From assembly GCA_963810185.1 (NCBI GenBank), contig CAWEMJ010000007.1:836190-900189 (forward strand): 64,000 nucleotides of DNA, in the 5' to 3' direction. Positions 52,127-61,531 of this stretch are shown piece after piece. Both the position numbers and the translations under genes were made by a program. Under the pieces are notes generated by a model, which saw nothing but the letters and a program-made list of their open reading frames with translations, was not told the DNA's origin and did no database searches. This DNA is from an uncultured Gemmatimonadales bacterium (lineage in GTDB: Bacteria > Gemmatimonadota > Gemmatimonadetes > Gemmatimonadales > GWC2-71-9). The first letter of the stretch is position 1. Each line of letters begins with the position of its first letter.

Positions 52127-53379
52127 TGCAACGCCGTGATCTGCTCCGTTTGGCGGCGCTCTTTCCCGCGGCCGCCTGGCTGCCCCGGATCGGGCACGCC
52201 GCGGAAGCAGGCACGACCTCAGCGCTCCCTCGCCCTGGCGACGACGAGGCCTACTGGGCCGAGGTACGACGCCAGTTCCTGATCACCGACGGCATCTTCA
52301 TGAACACCGGGACCTGGGGCGCGCTCCCGGTCCCGGTGCTGGAGGCGCTCGAAGCACACATGCGCGCCTTCGAGACCGTCTTCCACCAGACCCCCTTCGA
52401 CGTCCACGCGCTCCGCGCCCAGCTGGCCGCGCTGGTCGGCGCGCCCCCCGAGACTCTCGCGTTCACCCGCAACACCACCGAGGGGATGAACGTGGTGGCG
52501 CGGGGCCTCGATCTCCGGCCGGGCGACGAAATCCTGCTGACAACCCAGGAGCACGTGGGCGGGCGTTGCTGCTGGGAACTGGTGGCGGCGCGCCACGGAC
52601 TGGTGCTCACCCAGTTTCCGCCACCGGTGCCGGCTCCGAGCGAGGACGCCTTGTTCGAGGCGTGGACGTCGCACGTCGGGCCAAAGACGCGGGTGCTGAG
52701 CATCCAGCATGTGTTCTTCAGCACGGGCGCCATCCAGCCGGTCCGCCGTCTGGCGGCGTGGGCGCGGGAGCGCGGCATCATTACCGTGGTGGACGGGGCC
52801 CATCCGCCCGGCATGCTGGCGCTCGACATCCAGAGCCTCGGTTGCGATTTCTACGCCTCCAGCCCGCACAAGTGGCTGCTGGCGCCGAAGGGCTCGGGGT
52901 TCCTGTACATCAGCCCCGAATGGCTCGACCGGCTCTGGCCGTTGATCGCGAGCGGCGGGTGGGACGACCTGGCGCTCAAGGGCGATCGCTTCGACCACGT
53001 CGGCACGCGGAACGACAGCTTGCTGGTCGGATTCCAGGCGGCGGTGGGCTTCCACAATGCGATCGGCACCGACCGGGTGGAGCGCCGCTGTCGCGGGCTG
53101 GCGACCCGGCTGGACGCCGGCCTCCGCGCGCAGCCGGGCGTGCGGGTCGTGTCGCCGGCCGCCCCGGAACTCCGCAGTGCGATGGTGTCCTTCGAGGTGG
53201 ATGGCAAGACGGGCACCGAGATACAGCAGCGGCTCTGGGCCATGGGACCGGTGCGGGTCCGCCACGTCGGAGAGGACAACCTCGACTACACCCGGCTCTC
53301 GACGCACATCTACAACACGCCGGAGGAGGTGGATCGGGTGGTCGGGATGGTGGGGGAGATCGCGAGAAGCGAGGACTGA
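52126..53379 (+). CDS. Class V aminotransferase-fold PLP enzyme with a twin-arginine (Tat) signal
   Basis: MQRRDLLRLAALFPAAAWLPRIGHA (RRxLLR Tat motif). PLP-lysine context YASSPHKWLLAPKGSGFLY. Resembles isopenicillin-N-epimerase / cysteine-desulfurase-like enzymes. Confidence 0.8.
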   Translation: MQRRDLLRLAALFPAAAWLPRIGHAAEAGTTSALPRPGDDEAYWAEVRRQFLITDGIFMNTGTWGALPVPVLEALEAHMRAFETVFHQTPFDVHALRAQLAALVGAPPETLAFTRNTTEGMNVVARGLDLRPGDEILLTTQEHVGGRCCWELVAARHGLVLTQFPPPVPAPSEDALFEAWTSHVGPKTRVLSIQHVFFSTGAIQPVRRLAAWARERGIITVVDGAHPPGMLALDIQSLGCDFYASSPHKWLLAPKGSGFLYISPEWLDRLWPLIASGGWDDLALKGDRFDHVGTRNDSLLVGFQAAVGFHNAIGTDRVERRCRGLATRLDAGLRAQPGVRVVSPAAPELRSAMVSFEVDGKTGTEIQQRLWAMGPVRVRHVGEDNLDYTRLSTHIYNTPEEVDRVVGMVGEIARSED

Positions 53380-53429
53380 GGACTGAGGACTGAGTCGGGC
53401 TTCGACCTCAGTCCTCAGTCCTCAGTCCT
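53372..53429. terminator. 23-bp perfect inverted repeat built from (GGACTGA)x3; bidirectional terminator and six-frame stop element
   Basis: AGGACTGAGGACTGAGGACTGAG (53372-53394), a 12-nt loop, CTCAGTCCTCAGTCCTCAGTCCT (53407-53429). Both convergent genes terminate inside the arms. Confidence 0.7.
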
Positions 53430-54097
53430 TTCCGCCCCGTCTTGCATGCCGGCCGCACCGGGCAGACTCCGCAGCGCGCCACTCGTGCGGTGCAGACCAG
53501 AGCTCCCAGCTCCATGATTGCCTGGTTGAACGCCCACGCCGAATGGCCGTGCCGCGTGTGCAGTCCCGCCGCCGTTTCCCATAGTCGGCGTTCTCCCGCG
53601 GCGCCGCGGGTCCGTGGATGGAAGGCGCGTCGGAGCACCCGTGCCACGTTGGTATCCACCGCGGGTTCGGCGCGCTCGAACGCAAAGCTGGCCACGGCGC
53701 CGGCGGTGTACCGGCCGATGCCGGGGAGGCGCCGCAGCGCCTCCGTCCCCGAGGGGATCCGGCCGTCCTGCTCGTCGGTGATTACCTGAGCCAGTTTGTG
53801 GAGGTTGGCGGCGCGTCGATAGTAGCCGAGGCCTTCCCAGCTTTCCCGCACCGACGACGGCCGCGCCCTGGCGAGCGCGTCGAGGGTGGGAAATCGGGCG
53901 AGGAACCGCGGCCAATATGATTCGACCCGCGACACCTGCGTCTGTTGCAGCATGACTTCGGACACCAGCACCGCGTAGGGATCTCGGGTCCGGCGCCAGG
54001 GCAAGTCGCGCCCGTGCTTGCGGAACCACCGGAGGAGGCGACGACGGAACTCGGGAGCGGCTGCCGGAGGGCGCTTCGGGGTGGACTTCGCAGGCAT
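53408..54097 (-). CDS. HhH-GPD adenine/base-excision glycosylase (MutY catalytic-domain type, no NUDIX-like C-terminal domain)
   Basis: LVSEVMLQQTQV, GLGYYRRAANL, LPGIGRYTAGAV, DTNVARVL, and the 4Fe-4S cluster loop C-x6-C-x2-C-x5-C (CTARVARCGVCPVRPAC). Confidence 0.8.
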   Translation of the reverse strand: MPAKSTPKRPPAAAPEFRRRLLRWFRKHGRDLPWRRTRDPYAVLVSEVMLQQTQVSRVESYWPRFLARFPTLDALARARPSSVRESWEGLGYYRRAANLHKLAQVITDEQDGRIPSGTEALRRLPGIGRYTAGAVASFAFERAEPAVDTNVARVLRRAFHPRTRGAAGERRLWETAAGLHTRHGHSAWAFNQAIMELGALVCTARVARCGVCPVRPACKTGRKGLRTED

Positions 54098-54117
54098 GGG
54101 AGGGCAAGATAATAGCG

Positions 54118-54915
54118 ATGCCGACCGCGCAGACCGCCGTTCTCAGCTTCCCCCGCGCCGTGGGCCGGTCCGTCATCGGCTCGCTGGCGCACGTGGGGCG
54201 TTTCAGCCTGATGGTCGCGGAGCTCTTCCGCGCCCTCGGTGAATGGCGCATCTGGCTGCCCCGCACCATGGACGAGGCCCGCAACATCGGCGCCGGAAGC
54301 CTGTTCATCGTGCTGCTGGTGTCGTCGTTTGCCGGCGCGGTGACCGCGCTGCAGACGGGATACCAGTTCCAGGGCAATTTGCCGTACTACGTGGTCGGCA
54401 CGCTGGTGGTCGAATCGATCGTCCTCGAGCTGGGGCCGGTGCTCACGGCGCTGGTGCTGGCCGGCCGCATCGGCGCCCGCTACGCCGCCGAACTCGGCAC
54501 CATGCGTGTCACCGAGCAGATCGACGCGCTGGAAAGCCTGGGTCGGTCGCCGATGTCCCACCTCATCATCCCCCGGGTGCTCGCGGGGCTGGTGATGATT
54601 CCGGTCCTCACCATCTTTGCCAACGCCATCGGCGTCCTCGCCGGTTGGTGGTCCGCCAAGCAGGTCCTCCCGATCGGCAACGCCGATTTCACCTACGGCG
54701 CGCAGTACTACTGGCGGGCGTTCGACGCCTACTACTCGATCATCAAGGCGTTCTTCTTTGCCGGCGCCATCACGCTGATTCCGTGCTACATGGGATTCAA
54801 CGCGCAGCAGGGAGCCGAGGGCGTCGGCAAGGCGACCACCACCGCCGTGGTGGCCACCTCGGTGACCATTCTCATTCTCGACACCCTCCTCGCCAAGCTG
54901 CTGCTGCACCCATGA
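54118..54915 (+). CDS. mlaE: MlaE-family ABC transporter permease
   Basis: Typical MlaE length and motifs (LGPVLTALVLAGRIGA..AAELGTMRVTEQIDAL). Confidence 0.85.
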   Translation: MPTAQTAVLSFPRAVGRSVIGSLAHVGRFSLMVAELFRALGEWRIWLPRTMDEARNIGAGSLFIVLLVSSFAGAVTALQTGYQFQGNLPYYVVGTLVVESIVLELGPVLTALVLAGRIGARYAAELGTMRVTEQIDALESLGRSPMSHLIIPRVLAGLVMIPVLTIFANAIGVLAGWWSAKQVLPIGNADFTYGAQYYWRAFDAYYSIIKAFFFAGAITLIPCYMGFNAQQGAEGVGKATTTAVVATSVTILILDTLLAKLLLHP

Positions 54916-55664
54916 TCGAGCTTCGCGACATCCACAAGCGCTTCGGACAGCAGGTCATCCTCAACGGCGTGGATTTTTCCGTCGAGGAAGGGGAAACGGT
55001 GGCGTTGCTGGGTCCGTCCGGCACCGGGAAGAGCGTGCTGCTCAAGCATATCATCGGCCTCATCCACCCGGACTCGGGGACGATCCTCGTCGACGGACTG
55101 AACGTCTCCACGCTTGGCCGGAAGGAACTCGCTGCGCTGCGGAGCACCATCGGCTACGTGTTCCAGAACGGCGCCTTGTTCGACTCGATGAACGTGTTCG
55201 AAAACATCCGGCTGGGCATCACCGACGAGAAGTCCAACGGCGACGCCGCCTACTGCGCGGCGCGCGTGCCGGAGTGCCTTGCGCTGGTCAACCTCGCCCC
55301 GGAGGTGGCCACCAAGTACCCCGCCGAGCTGTCGGGCGGCATGCGCAAGCGGGTGGGCATCGCGCGGGCCATCGCGGGCCGGCCGAAATACCTGCTGTAC
55401 GACGAGCCGACCTCCGGACTCGACCCGGTCAACGCGGACATCATCGACAGCCTGGTCAAGCACCTCGCCGTGACGCTCGGCGTCACCAGCGTCATGGTGA
55501 CCCACGACGTCCGGGGCGCCTTCCGGGTGTCGGACCGGGTGGCGCTCCTGAGCGACGGCAAGATCGTCCTGCAAGGCACGCCGAAAGAATTTTTGGCGTC
55601 CGCCGATCCGCGCATCAAGGCCTTCCTTGAGCGGGACTTCGAGAAACACTCTTTCGCGGCCTGA
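54912..55664 (+). CDS. mlaF: MlaF-type ABC transporter ATP-binding protein
   Basis: ATG 54912 overlaps the mlaE stop (ATGA). Walker A GPSGTGKS, signature LSGGMRKRV and Walker B LLYDEPTSGLD. Confidence 0.9.
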   Translation: MIELRDIHKRFGQQVILNGVDFSVEEGETVALLGPSGTGKSVLLKHIIGLIHPDSGTILVDGLNVSTLGRKELAALRSTIGYVFQNGALFDSMNVFENIRLGITDEKSNGDAAYCAARVPECLALVNLAPEVATKYPAELSGGMRKRVGIARAIAGRPKYLLYDEPTSGLDPVNADIIDSLVKHLAVTLGVTSVMVTHDVRGAFRVSDRVALLSDGKIVLQGTPKEFLASADPRIKAFLERDFEKHSFAA

Positions 55665-55670
55665 GGCTTT

Positions 55671-56555
55671 ATGGACCTGCACTACAAGCGTGAGGCCCTG
55701 GTTGGTTCCATCGTGCTGGCGGGCGCCGCGGTGTTCGTCGTCGGCACCATGTGGCTGGGCGGGAAAAGCTTCGGGAAGGACAACCTGGTTCCGGTCCGGT
55801 TCACCGATATCGGCAACGTGAAGTCGAGCACGCCGGTCAAGGTGTCCGGCGTGCAGGTCGGCAAGGTGGACCGGATCGTGTTCGAGTCGGTGGGCAGCGT
55901 GCGGGTGGACCTGGCGCTCACCCAGCCTGTGCCCCTCACGAGGAGCGCGTCGGCCACCATCGAGGCGGTCGGCGTCCTGGGCGACGTGGAGATCGTGCTC
56001 GACCCCGGTAGCGACAGCGTGCCGCTCGCGCCCGGGGAGTTCATCGAGGGACGCACCGCGCCCGGCATGGGAGGCATGGTGAACGAGCTCGGCGACCAGG
56101 CCCGTGCCGTCATGGTCGGCGCCCAGACCCTGCTCAACCAGCGGACCGCCGACGACCTCCACGAGACGCTCAAGGCGATGCAGCGACTGATGTCGGTGTA
56201 CGCGGACACCCGCAGCGGCCCCACGGCGGAAATGACCAAGCTCATGGTGTCGCTCCAGACGGTCAGCGCGCGTCTCGACTCGACCCTGTCCAATCCGCAC
56301 CTGGTGCGGACGATGGAGAACATGGACAGCGCCACGGCGGGGCTGACCCAGCTCACGGCCCAGCTGACCGCCGCCACGGCACGGATGGACACGCTGGTGG
56401 CCAATATCAACGCGGGGAAGGGGACCCTCGGACAGGTGGCCACCAACCCCGCGCTGTATGATCAACTCACCGCGACCATGCACTCGATGCAGGCGCTGAT
56501 CGATTCCATCACGGCCAAGCCCGGCAAGCTGACCGTGCAGATGAAGATGTTCTGA
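55671..56555 (+). CDS. mlaD: MlaD/MCE-domain protein
   Basis: N-terminal TM helix, then the MCE core (VRFTDIGNVKSSTPVKVSGVQVGKV), then a helical C-terminal extension. Confidence 0.8.
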   Translation: MDLHYKREALVGSIVLAGAAVFVVGTMWLGGKSFGKDNLVPVRFTDIGNVKSSTPVKVSGVQVGKVDRIVFESVGSVRVDLALTQPVPLTRSASATIEAVGVLGDVEIVLDPGSDSVPLAPGEFIEGRTAPGMGGMVNELGDQARAVMVGAQTLLNQRTADDLHETLKAMQRLMSVYADTRSGPTAEMTKLMVSLQTVSARLDSTLSNPHLVRTMENMDSATAGLTQLTAQLTAATARMDTLVANINAGKGTLGQVATNPALYDQLTATMHSMQALIDSITAKPGKLTVQMKMF

Positions 56556-56562
56556 GCGCGGC

Positions 56563-57153
56563 TTACCGCTGCACCAGCCGCAGGAATTCGTCCCGCGTGC
56601 TGGCATCCTCCCGGAACACGCCGCGCAGCGCGCTGGTGAGTGTCCGGGAGTTCTGTTTCTCCACCCCCCGCATCATCATGCAGAAGTGGGACGCCTCGAG
56701 GACCACGCCCACACCGCGGGGCGACAGGGCGTCGTCCAGCGCCTCGGCGATCTGGTCGGTCAGGCGCTCCTGCACCTGCAGCCGCCGCGCGAAGACGTCG
56801 ACCACCCGGGCCACCTTCGAGAGCCCGACGATCCGCCCATCCGGGATGTAGGCCACGTGCGCCTTGCCGAAGAACGGCAGCATGTGGTGCTCGCACATCG
56901 AGTAAAACTCGATGTCGCGCACCACGATCATGTTCTGGTGCGCCTCCTCGAAGAGCGCGTCGCCGATGACTTCGGCGGCGTCCAGGTCGTACCCGCGGGT
57001 GAGCCAGCGCATGGCGCGCTCGACCCGTTCGGGCGTCTTGAGCAGGCCCTCGCGGTCGGGGTCTTCGCCGACCAGTTCCAGCATATCCTTCACCGCCGAC
57101 TGGAAGCGGGTCTCGGTGGTGGGTTGGGTCCAGGGTAACCGGGCAACGGACAT
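56563..57153 (-). CDS. folE: GTP cyclohydrolase I
   Basis: [22 protein letters not shown] and QERLT motifs. Confidence 0.9.
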   Translation of the reverse strand: MSVARLPWTQPTTETRFQSAVKDMLELVGEDPDREGLLKTPERVERAMRWLTRGYDLDAAEVIGDALFEEAHQNMIVVRDIEFYSMCEHHMLPFFGKAHVAYIPDGRIVGLSKVARVVDVFARRLQVQERLTDQIAEALDDALSPRGVGVVLEASHFCMMMRGVEKQNSRTLTSALRGVFREDASTRDEFLRLVQR

Positions 57154-57264
57154 GACAGGCTCCGGGGCGAAAGTTTGGGTGTCGTCCTGTTAACCCGGGC
57201 GCCCGGGAAATTGTTCCGCCGGGCCGCTTCCGGCCCCCTCCGCCGGGGTTATCTTGAACCCGCC

Positions 57265-58197
57265 ATGACCCTCACGCTCACCTTCCTCGGCACCGGCGCC
57301 GCGATCCCGTCACTGGATCGCAACGTCGCCTCGCTCGCGCTGGCTCGCGAGGGGGAAACCCTGCTGTTCGATTGCGGCGAGGGGACGCAGCGCCAGATGA
57401 TGCGGTACGGGGTGAGCTTCTCGGTCCGCGACATTTTCTTCACCCACTTTCACGCCGATCACCTCCTCGGACTGACGGGCCTGGTCCGCACGCTCGGCCT
57501 CCAGGACCGGACCGATCCGCTCCGGCTCTACGGCCCGCGCGGCGCCCGGCGCGTGCTCGAGCATGCCCTCGCCGTGGGGATCGAGCGGAACAAATTCCCG
57601 GTGCAGATCGAGGAGCTCGCGCCCGGCGACAAGATCAGCCGGCCGGAGTACGATGTGGTGGCGCTGGAGGCCGACCACCGCGCTCCCTCCCTGGCGTATC
57701 TTCTCGTCGAACACACCCGACTCGGTCGCTTCCAGCCGGAACGGGTGCGAGAGCTCGGCGTTCCAGAGGGCCCGCTGTGGGGCCGGCTGCACCGCGGGGA
57801 GACCGTTGAGTTGCCGGACGGCCGTCGCGTGGGACCGGCTGATCTTGTGGGCCCCCCGCGCCCGGGGCGGAAGGTCGTCATCTCCGGGGACACTCGGCCC
57901 AGCGCGGCGATCGCCGCCGCCGCCGCACGCGCTGACCTGCTGGTCCACGAGGCCACCTTCTCGGCGGAGGAAGCCGAGAAGGCCGCTCAGACCGGCCACA
58001 GCACAGCGTCTGAAGCGGCCGGCATCGCCCGGGATGCGGGGGTCCGCCGGCTGATTTTGACCCACATCTCGGCCCGGTACACGCGCGAGGCGCCGGAACT
58101 TCTTGCCGAAGCGCAGGCGGTATTCCCCGAGTCGATGGTGGCCCGCGACGGGCTGATCGTGGACGTCCCCTTTCCCGACGCGGAGATCACCGCATGA
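57265..58197 (+). CDS. rnz: Ribonuclease Z (metallo-beta-lactamase fold)
   Basis: Internal ATG 57265 (MTLTLTFLGTGAAIPS), LFDCGEGTQ, the HFHADH motif and C-terminal THIS.R. Confidence 0.85.
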   Translation: MTLTLTFLGTGAAIPSLDRNVASLALAREGETLLFDCGEGTQRQMMRYGVSFSVRDIFFTHFHADHLLGLTGLVRTLGLQDRTDPLRLYGPRGARRVLEHALAVGIERNKFPVQIEELAPGDKISRPEYDVVALEADHRAPSLAYLLVEHTRLGRFQPERVRELGVPEGPLWGRLHRGETVELPDGRRVGPADLVGPPRPGRKVVISGDTRPSAAIAAAAARADLLVHEATFSAEEAEKAAQTGHSTASEAAGIARDAGVRRLILTHISARYTREAPELLAEAQAVFPESMVARDGLIVDVPFPDAEITA

Positions 58198-58817
58198 CGA
58201 GCTCCTCGAACCGCCTGCCCATTGTGCTCCTCGTTGCGGTCCTCGCGGTGCTTGCCTGGTCCGGGGTCGCGCCGCACGACCGCTTCACCTGGGTGCTCGA
58301 GGTGGCGCCGGTCCTGATCGGCCTGCCGATCCTGCTGGGCACCGCCCGGCGGTTTCCGCTGACGCCGCTGCTGTACACGCTGCTCGCAGTGCACGCCTGC
58401 ATCCTGATGGTCGGGGGGAAGTACACCTACGCCGAGGTGCCGGCGGGGTTCTGGGTGAGTGAGTGGCTCGGGCTCGCGCGGAACCACTACGACCGGCTGG
58501 GGCATTTCGCGCAGGGGTTCGTGCCCGCCATCCTGGCGCGGGAAATCCTGGTCCGCACCTCGCCGCTGCGGGGGAGCCGCTGGCTTCCGTTTGTGGTCGT
58601 TGCCTTCTGCCTGGCCTTCAGCGCGTGCTATGAGCTCATCGAATGGTGGACCGCCGTCGCCACCGGGGACTCCGCGACCGCCTTCCTCGGCACCCAGGGC
58701 GACGTCTGGGACACGCAGTGGGACATGTTCCTCGCGTTGATCGGTGCGGTGACGGCGCTCCTCACGCTTTCCCGCGCGCACGACCGCCAGCTCGCCGCCC
58801 TTTCGCCGGGGCGCTGA
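58194..58817 (+). CDS. DUF2238 (YjdF-like) inner-membrane protein
   Basis: Polytopic membrane protein with the motifs YDRLGHFAQGFVPA and ELIEWW. The start overlaps the rnz stop. Confidence 0.7.
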   Translation: MTSSSNRLPIVLLVAVLAVLAWSGVAPHDRFTWVLEVAPVLIGLPILLGTARRFPLTPLLYTLLAVHACILMVGGKYTYAEVPAGFWVSEWLGLARNHYDRLGHFAQGFVPAILAREILVRTSPLRGSRWLPFVVVAFCLAFSACYELIEWWTAVATGDSATAFLGTQGDVWDTQWDMFLALIGAVTALLTLSRAHDRQLAALSPGR

Positions 58818-60237
58818 CCGGGTCCGCGAGCTCCCGGCTCGCTTCCGACGCGAGCCAGCCCTTCACGTCGAACTTCTTCGCGGCGGCGTTGAGGGACATG
58901 TACCTCACGGTGCCGAACACGGGGCGGCGGTAGAACGGCCGATCGAACTTCCCCAGAATCCAGTGGAAGCCGGCATAGCTGTTCGGGTCACGCCCATCCA
59001 GGGCGTACTTGTTGTTGAGGTGTTCCATGGCCTGGAGCGCCGTGCCGGCGTCCGGACTCCAGTGCAGGATCGCCTTTCCCCAGAGCATCCGCAGGTAGTT
59101 GGGCATGGTCCCGTCGCGCACGTAGGCGCGCTGCGCGGCGTTCCAAAGCGGGCTCTCCGTCTCCCCCCGTTCCATCTCCTCCACCGAATATTGCGCCGGG
59201 CGCGGGTCGTCGGCGTGGTCGTCAAGCTCCTTCCGGGCCCATGCCGGCACCGCCGCCAGCGTCCGGTGCTTCGGATCGTGGTGGCAGAAGTTGTGGGCCA
59301 GCTCGCGCCAGACGAGGAGCTCGTCCTGGAATCGGGTGTACTGGTCTGGGGGTGCCACGTCGCGCACGCGGAGCAGGACTTCCTGCGGGCTGATGTTGCC
59401 GAAGTGCAGGTAGGGGGAGAGGCCGCTGACCGCCTCGGGGTGGTTGGGGTCCCCCCGATCCTCGGTATAGCGTGCGAGCCGCGTCTTCAGAAACGCCGAT
59501 AGCCTTGCCGTCGCCGCCCGCTGTCCGCCGCGGATGGACGGCGACGGACCGACGGAGTGATCGATGTCGCAGCTGGCGGCAAGGGCGGCCGGCGCGACGT
59601 GGCCGTCGGGGGGAATCGCCGAGTCGAACGGGAACTCGAAGGCACGGCGGACCTTCGGGTCCACGGTGCCCACGGCGTGGAGGAAATGCGGCAGGGCGGC
59701 GACCGCCTCGGTGCGGAAGCCCCGCGCGGTCGGGTGCGCCCGACTGATATACGACATCGGCACGATGGTGCAGGAATCCACGGCCACGACCGGGGCGTCG
59801 ATCCGCTCGCGGAGCCGCCGGGTCTGCCTCGGCACGATGAAGGTCGGGAAGTAGTCGGTGACGACGACGGCCGCCCGGCGGGCGAGGCCTCGAGGGGCGA
59901 GGGGGCGCGCGGACTCGCCGGGAACGCGCCGGTTCCGCTCGAGGTAGAAGCCGTAGGGGATGTCCCGGCTGGCAAAGTCTGCGGCCATGTCGGCGGCAGA
60001 CTCCAGGATGAAGGTGTGGAAACGGTCGCTGGCCCAGGGGTAGTCGGGGCGGAGGCCCTGGTAGACCACGAGGGGGAGCCCGAGGTCGTTGGCCGTCTGG
60101 GCGGCGTGGTTCAGGGCGAAGTTGTCCCGGGACCGCATGGTGGACTGGATCCAATAGAGGACGAACTCACCGGGCACGGCCCGGGTGCGGGGGCCGGGGT
60201 GGATCCGGTGGTCGGTGGGCGGCGGGGGGGCTGGCAT
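58762..60237 (-). CDS. Class II CPD photolyase
   Basis: YWIQSTMRSRDNFALNHA and MPNYLRMLWGKAILHWS resemble the class II photolyase signatures. The 3' end overlaps the convergent DUF2238 gene by 56 nt. Confidence 0.85.
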   Translation of the reverse strand: MPAPPPPTDHRIHPGPRTRAVPGEFVLYWIQSTMRSRDNFALNHAAQTANDLGLPLVVYQGLRPDYPWASDRFHTFILESAADMAADFASRDIPYGFYLERNRRVPGESARPLAPRGLARRAAVVVTDYFPTFIVPRQTRRLRERIDAPVVAVDSCTIVPMSYISRAHPTARGFRTEAVAALPHFLHAVGTVDPKVRRAFEFPFDSAIPPDGHVAPAALAASCDIDHSVGPSPSIRGGQRAATARLSAFLKTRLARYTEDRGDPNHPEAVSGLSPYLHFGNISPQEVLLRVRDVAPPDQYTRFQDELLVWRELAHNFCHHDPKHRTLAAVPAWARKELDDHADDPRPAQYSVEEMERGETESPLWNAAQRAYVRDGTMPNYLRMLWGKAILHWSPDAGTALQAMEHLNNKYALDGRDPNSYAGFHWILGKFDRPFYRRPVFGTVRYMSLNAAAKKFDVKGWLASEASRELADPVSAPAKGRRAGGRARGKA

Positions 60238-60396
60238 CGAAGCCTCTACCCCGGAGGGGTGGGCCGGGTGCCCTACCTAAGTGTTTGTTCAAGGTTTGAG
60301 CTATGGAACCTATACAAAGCGGAGGTGTATTCAGCTTGTCCGGCCCGATGGAGGGCTGGCTAAGCACTCAAAACTTCATCACTTGGAGAACTACCC

Positions 60397-61089
60397 ATGC
60401 AAGTCACCACCCTCCTCGCCCTGGCACTGACCGTCGGACTGACGACTGCCTGCAGCGAAGACGACACCACCGCCCCGGCGATGAACGACGCCTACGTGCA
60501 GGTGGTCCACGCCTCCCCAGACGCCCCGAACGTCGACGTCCTGGTGGACAACACCATTGTACTGACCAACGTGCCCTACCAGGCGGCTTCCGGCTACCTG
60601 GCCGTCCCGGCTGGCACGCGAAACCTCAAGGTCAACGCCACCGGCACCTCGACCACGGTCATCAACGCCGACGTCGCCCTCATGAGCGGTCAGTACTACA
60701 CGGTCATGGCCACTGGGTTGGTCGCGGCGATCCAGCCGCTGGTGCTCACAGACGACTACGTGAATCCGGCGGCCGGGAACGTCAAGGTCCGCCTGGTACA
60801 CGCCGCGGCCAGCGCACCGACCGTTGACATCTACGTGACGGCTCCCGGCGCCGACATTTCCGGCATCGCGCCGACTTTGGCGGGCGTGCCGTTCCGTGGC
60901 TACTCTGATTACCTGGAAGTCCCGGCCGGCAGCTACCAGGTCCGCATCACCGTGGCCGGTACCAAGACGGTCGCGATCGACACGGGTACCCTGGCCCTGG
61001 CGGCGAATCAGATCCGTACCGGTATCGCCTTGGACGCGACCGGCGGTGGCGCTCCGTTCGGCGCCGTCGTGGTGCTGGGCAAGAACTAG
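60397..61089 (+). CDS. DUF4397-domain lipoprotein
   Basis: Lipobox GLTTAC. A duplicated module (VQVVHASPDAPNVDVLVDN... and VRLVHAAASAPTVDIYV...) is typical of DUF4397. Confidence 0.75.
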   Translation: MQVTTLLALALTVGLTTACSEDDTTAPAMNDAYVQVVHASPDAPNVDVLVDNTIVLTNVPYQAASGYLAVPAGTRNLKVNATGTSTTVINADVALMSGQYYTVMATGLVAAIQPLVLTDDYVNPAAGNVKVRLVHAAASAPTVDIYVTAPGADISGIAPTLAGVPFRGYSDYLEVPAGSYQVRITVAGTKTVAIDTGTLALAANQIRTGIALDATGGGAPFGAVVVLGKN

Positions 61090-61100
61090 ATCGAAGGGCA

Positions 61101-61127
61101 GGGCCGGGGGAGAACTTCCCCCGGCCC
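61101..61127 (+). terminator. Hairpin terminator after the DUF4397 gene
   Basis: GGGCCGGGGG (61101-61110), a 7-nt loop, CCCCCGGCCC (61118-61127). Confidence 0.6.
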
Positions 61128-61302
61128 GTCCCCTTCTGCCCTCGCATTGCCGGGATCAGGCATCCCGCTCCAGGCATATCTGGGCCCAACCTGCCGAAGG
61201 GCAGTCGATTCCACGAACCGGCCCGCTGCCTCCATCCCCCTCGGCCCGACCCGCTTACGTTGACGCCCACCCGTTGGCCCGCTACTTTACCCCGGCTCGC
61301 TG

Positions 61303-61375
61303 GGGGCTGTAGCTCAGCTGGGAGAGCGCTGCAATCGCACTGCAGAGGTCAGGGGTTCGATCCCCCTCAGCTCCA
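61303..61375 (+). tRNA. tRNA-Ala (anticodon CGC)
   Basis: Hand-folded cloverleaf: acceptor GGGGCTG/CAGCTCC with the G3:U70 Ala identity pair, D arm GCTC-AGCTGGGA-GAGC, anticodon arm CTGCA-ATCGCAC-TGCAG, T arm AGGGG-TTCGATC-CCCCT. CCA is not encoded. Confidence 0.9.
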
Positions 61376-61386
61376 TATTGGTGTTC

Positions 61387-61459
61387 TGCCCCGTGGTGTA
61401 ACTGGCAACACGCCTCACTCTGGATGAGGAGAGTCTTGGTTCGATCCCAAGCGGGGCAA
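61387..61459 (+). tRNA. tRNA-Gln (anticodon CTG)
   Basis: Hand-folded cloverleaf: acceptor TGCCCCG/CGGGGCA (U1:A72), anticodon arm CCTCA-CTCTGGA-TGAGG, T arm CTTGG-TTCGATC-CCAAG. Confidence 0.85.
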
Positions 61460-61495
61460 TGCCCAAGGTGATGAGCCTTGGGCAGTTTCATTTCT
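61460..61495 (+). terminator. Rho-independent terminator after the tRNA pair
   Basis: TGCCCAAGG (61460-61468), a 7-nt loop, CCTTGGGCA (61476-61484), then GTTTCATTTCT. Confidence 0.65.
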
Positions 61496-61531
61496 GGGCG
61501 GGGCAGCGGGGCAGCGGGGCAGTCGGCAGGC
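61496..61531 (+). repeat. Short octamer array GGGGCAGC x2, GGGGCAGT, plus degenerate units
   Basis: Units at 61500-61507, 61508-61515 and 61516-61523. The sequence is the reverse complement of the 13-copy array at 61815-61918. Confidence 0.75.
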
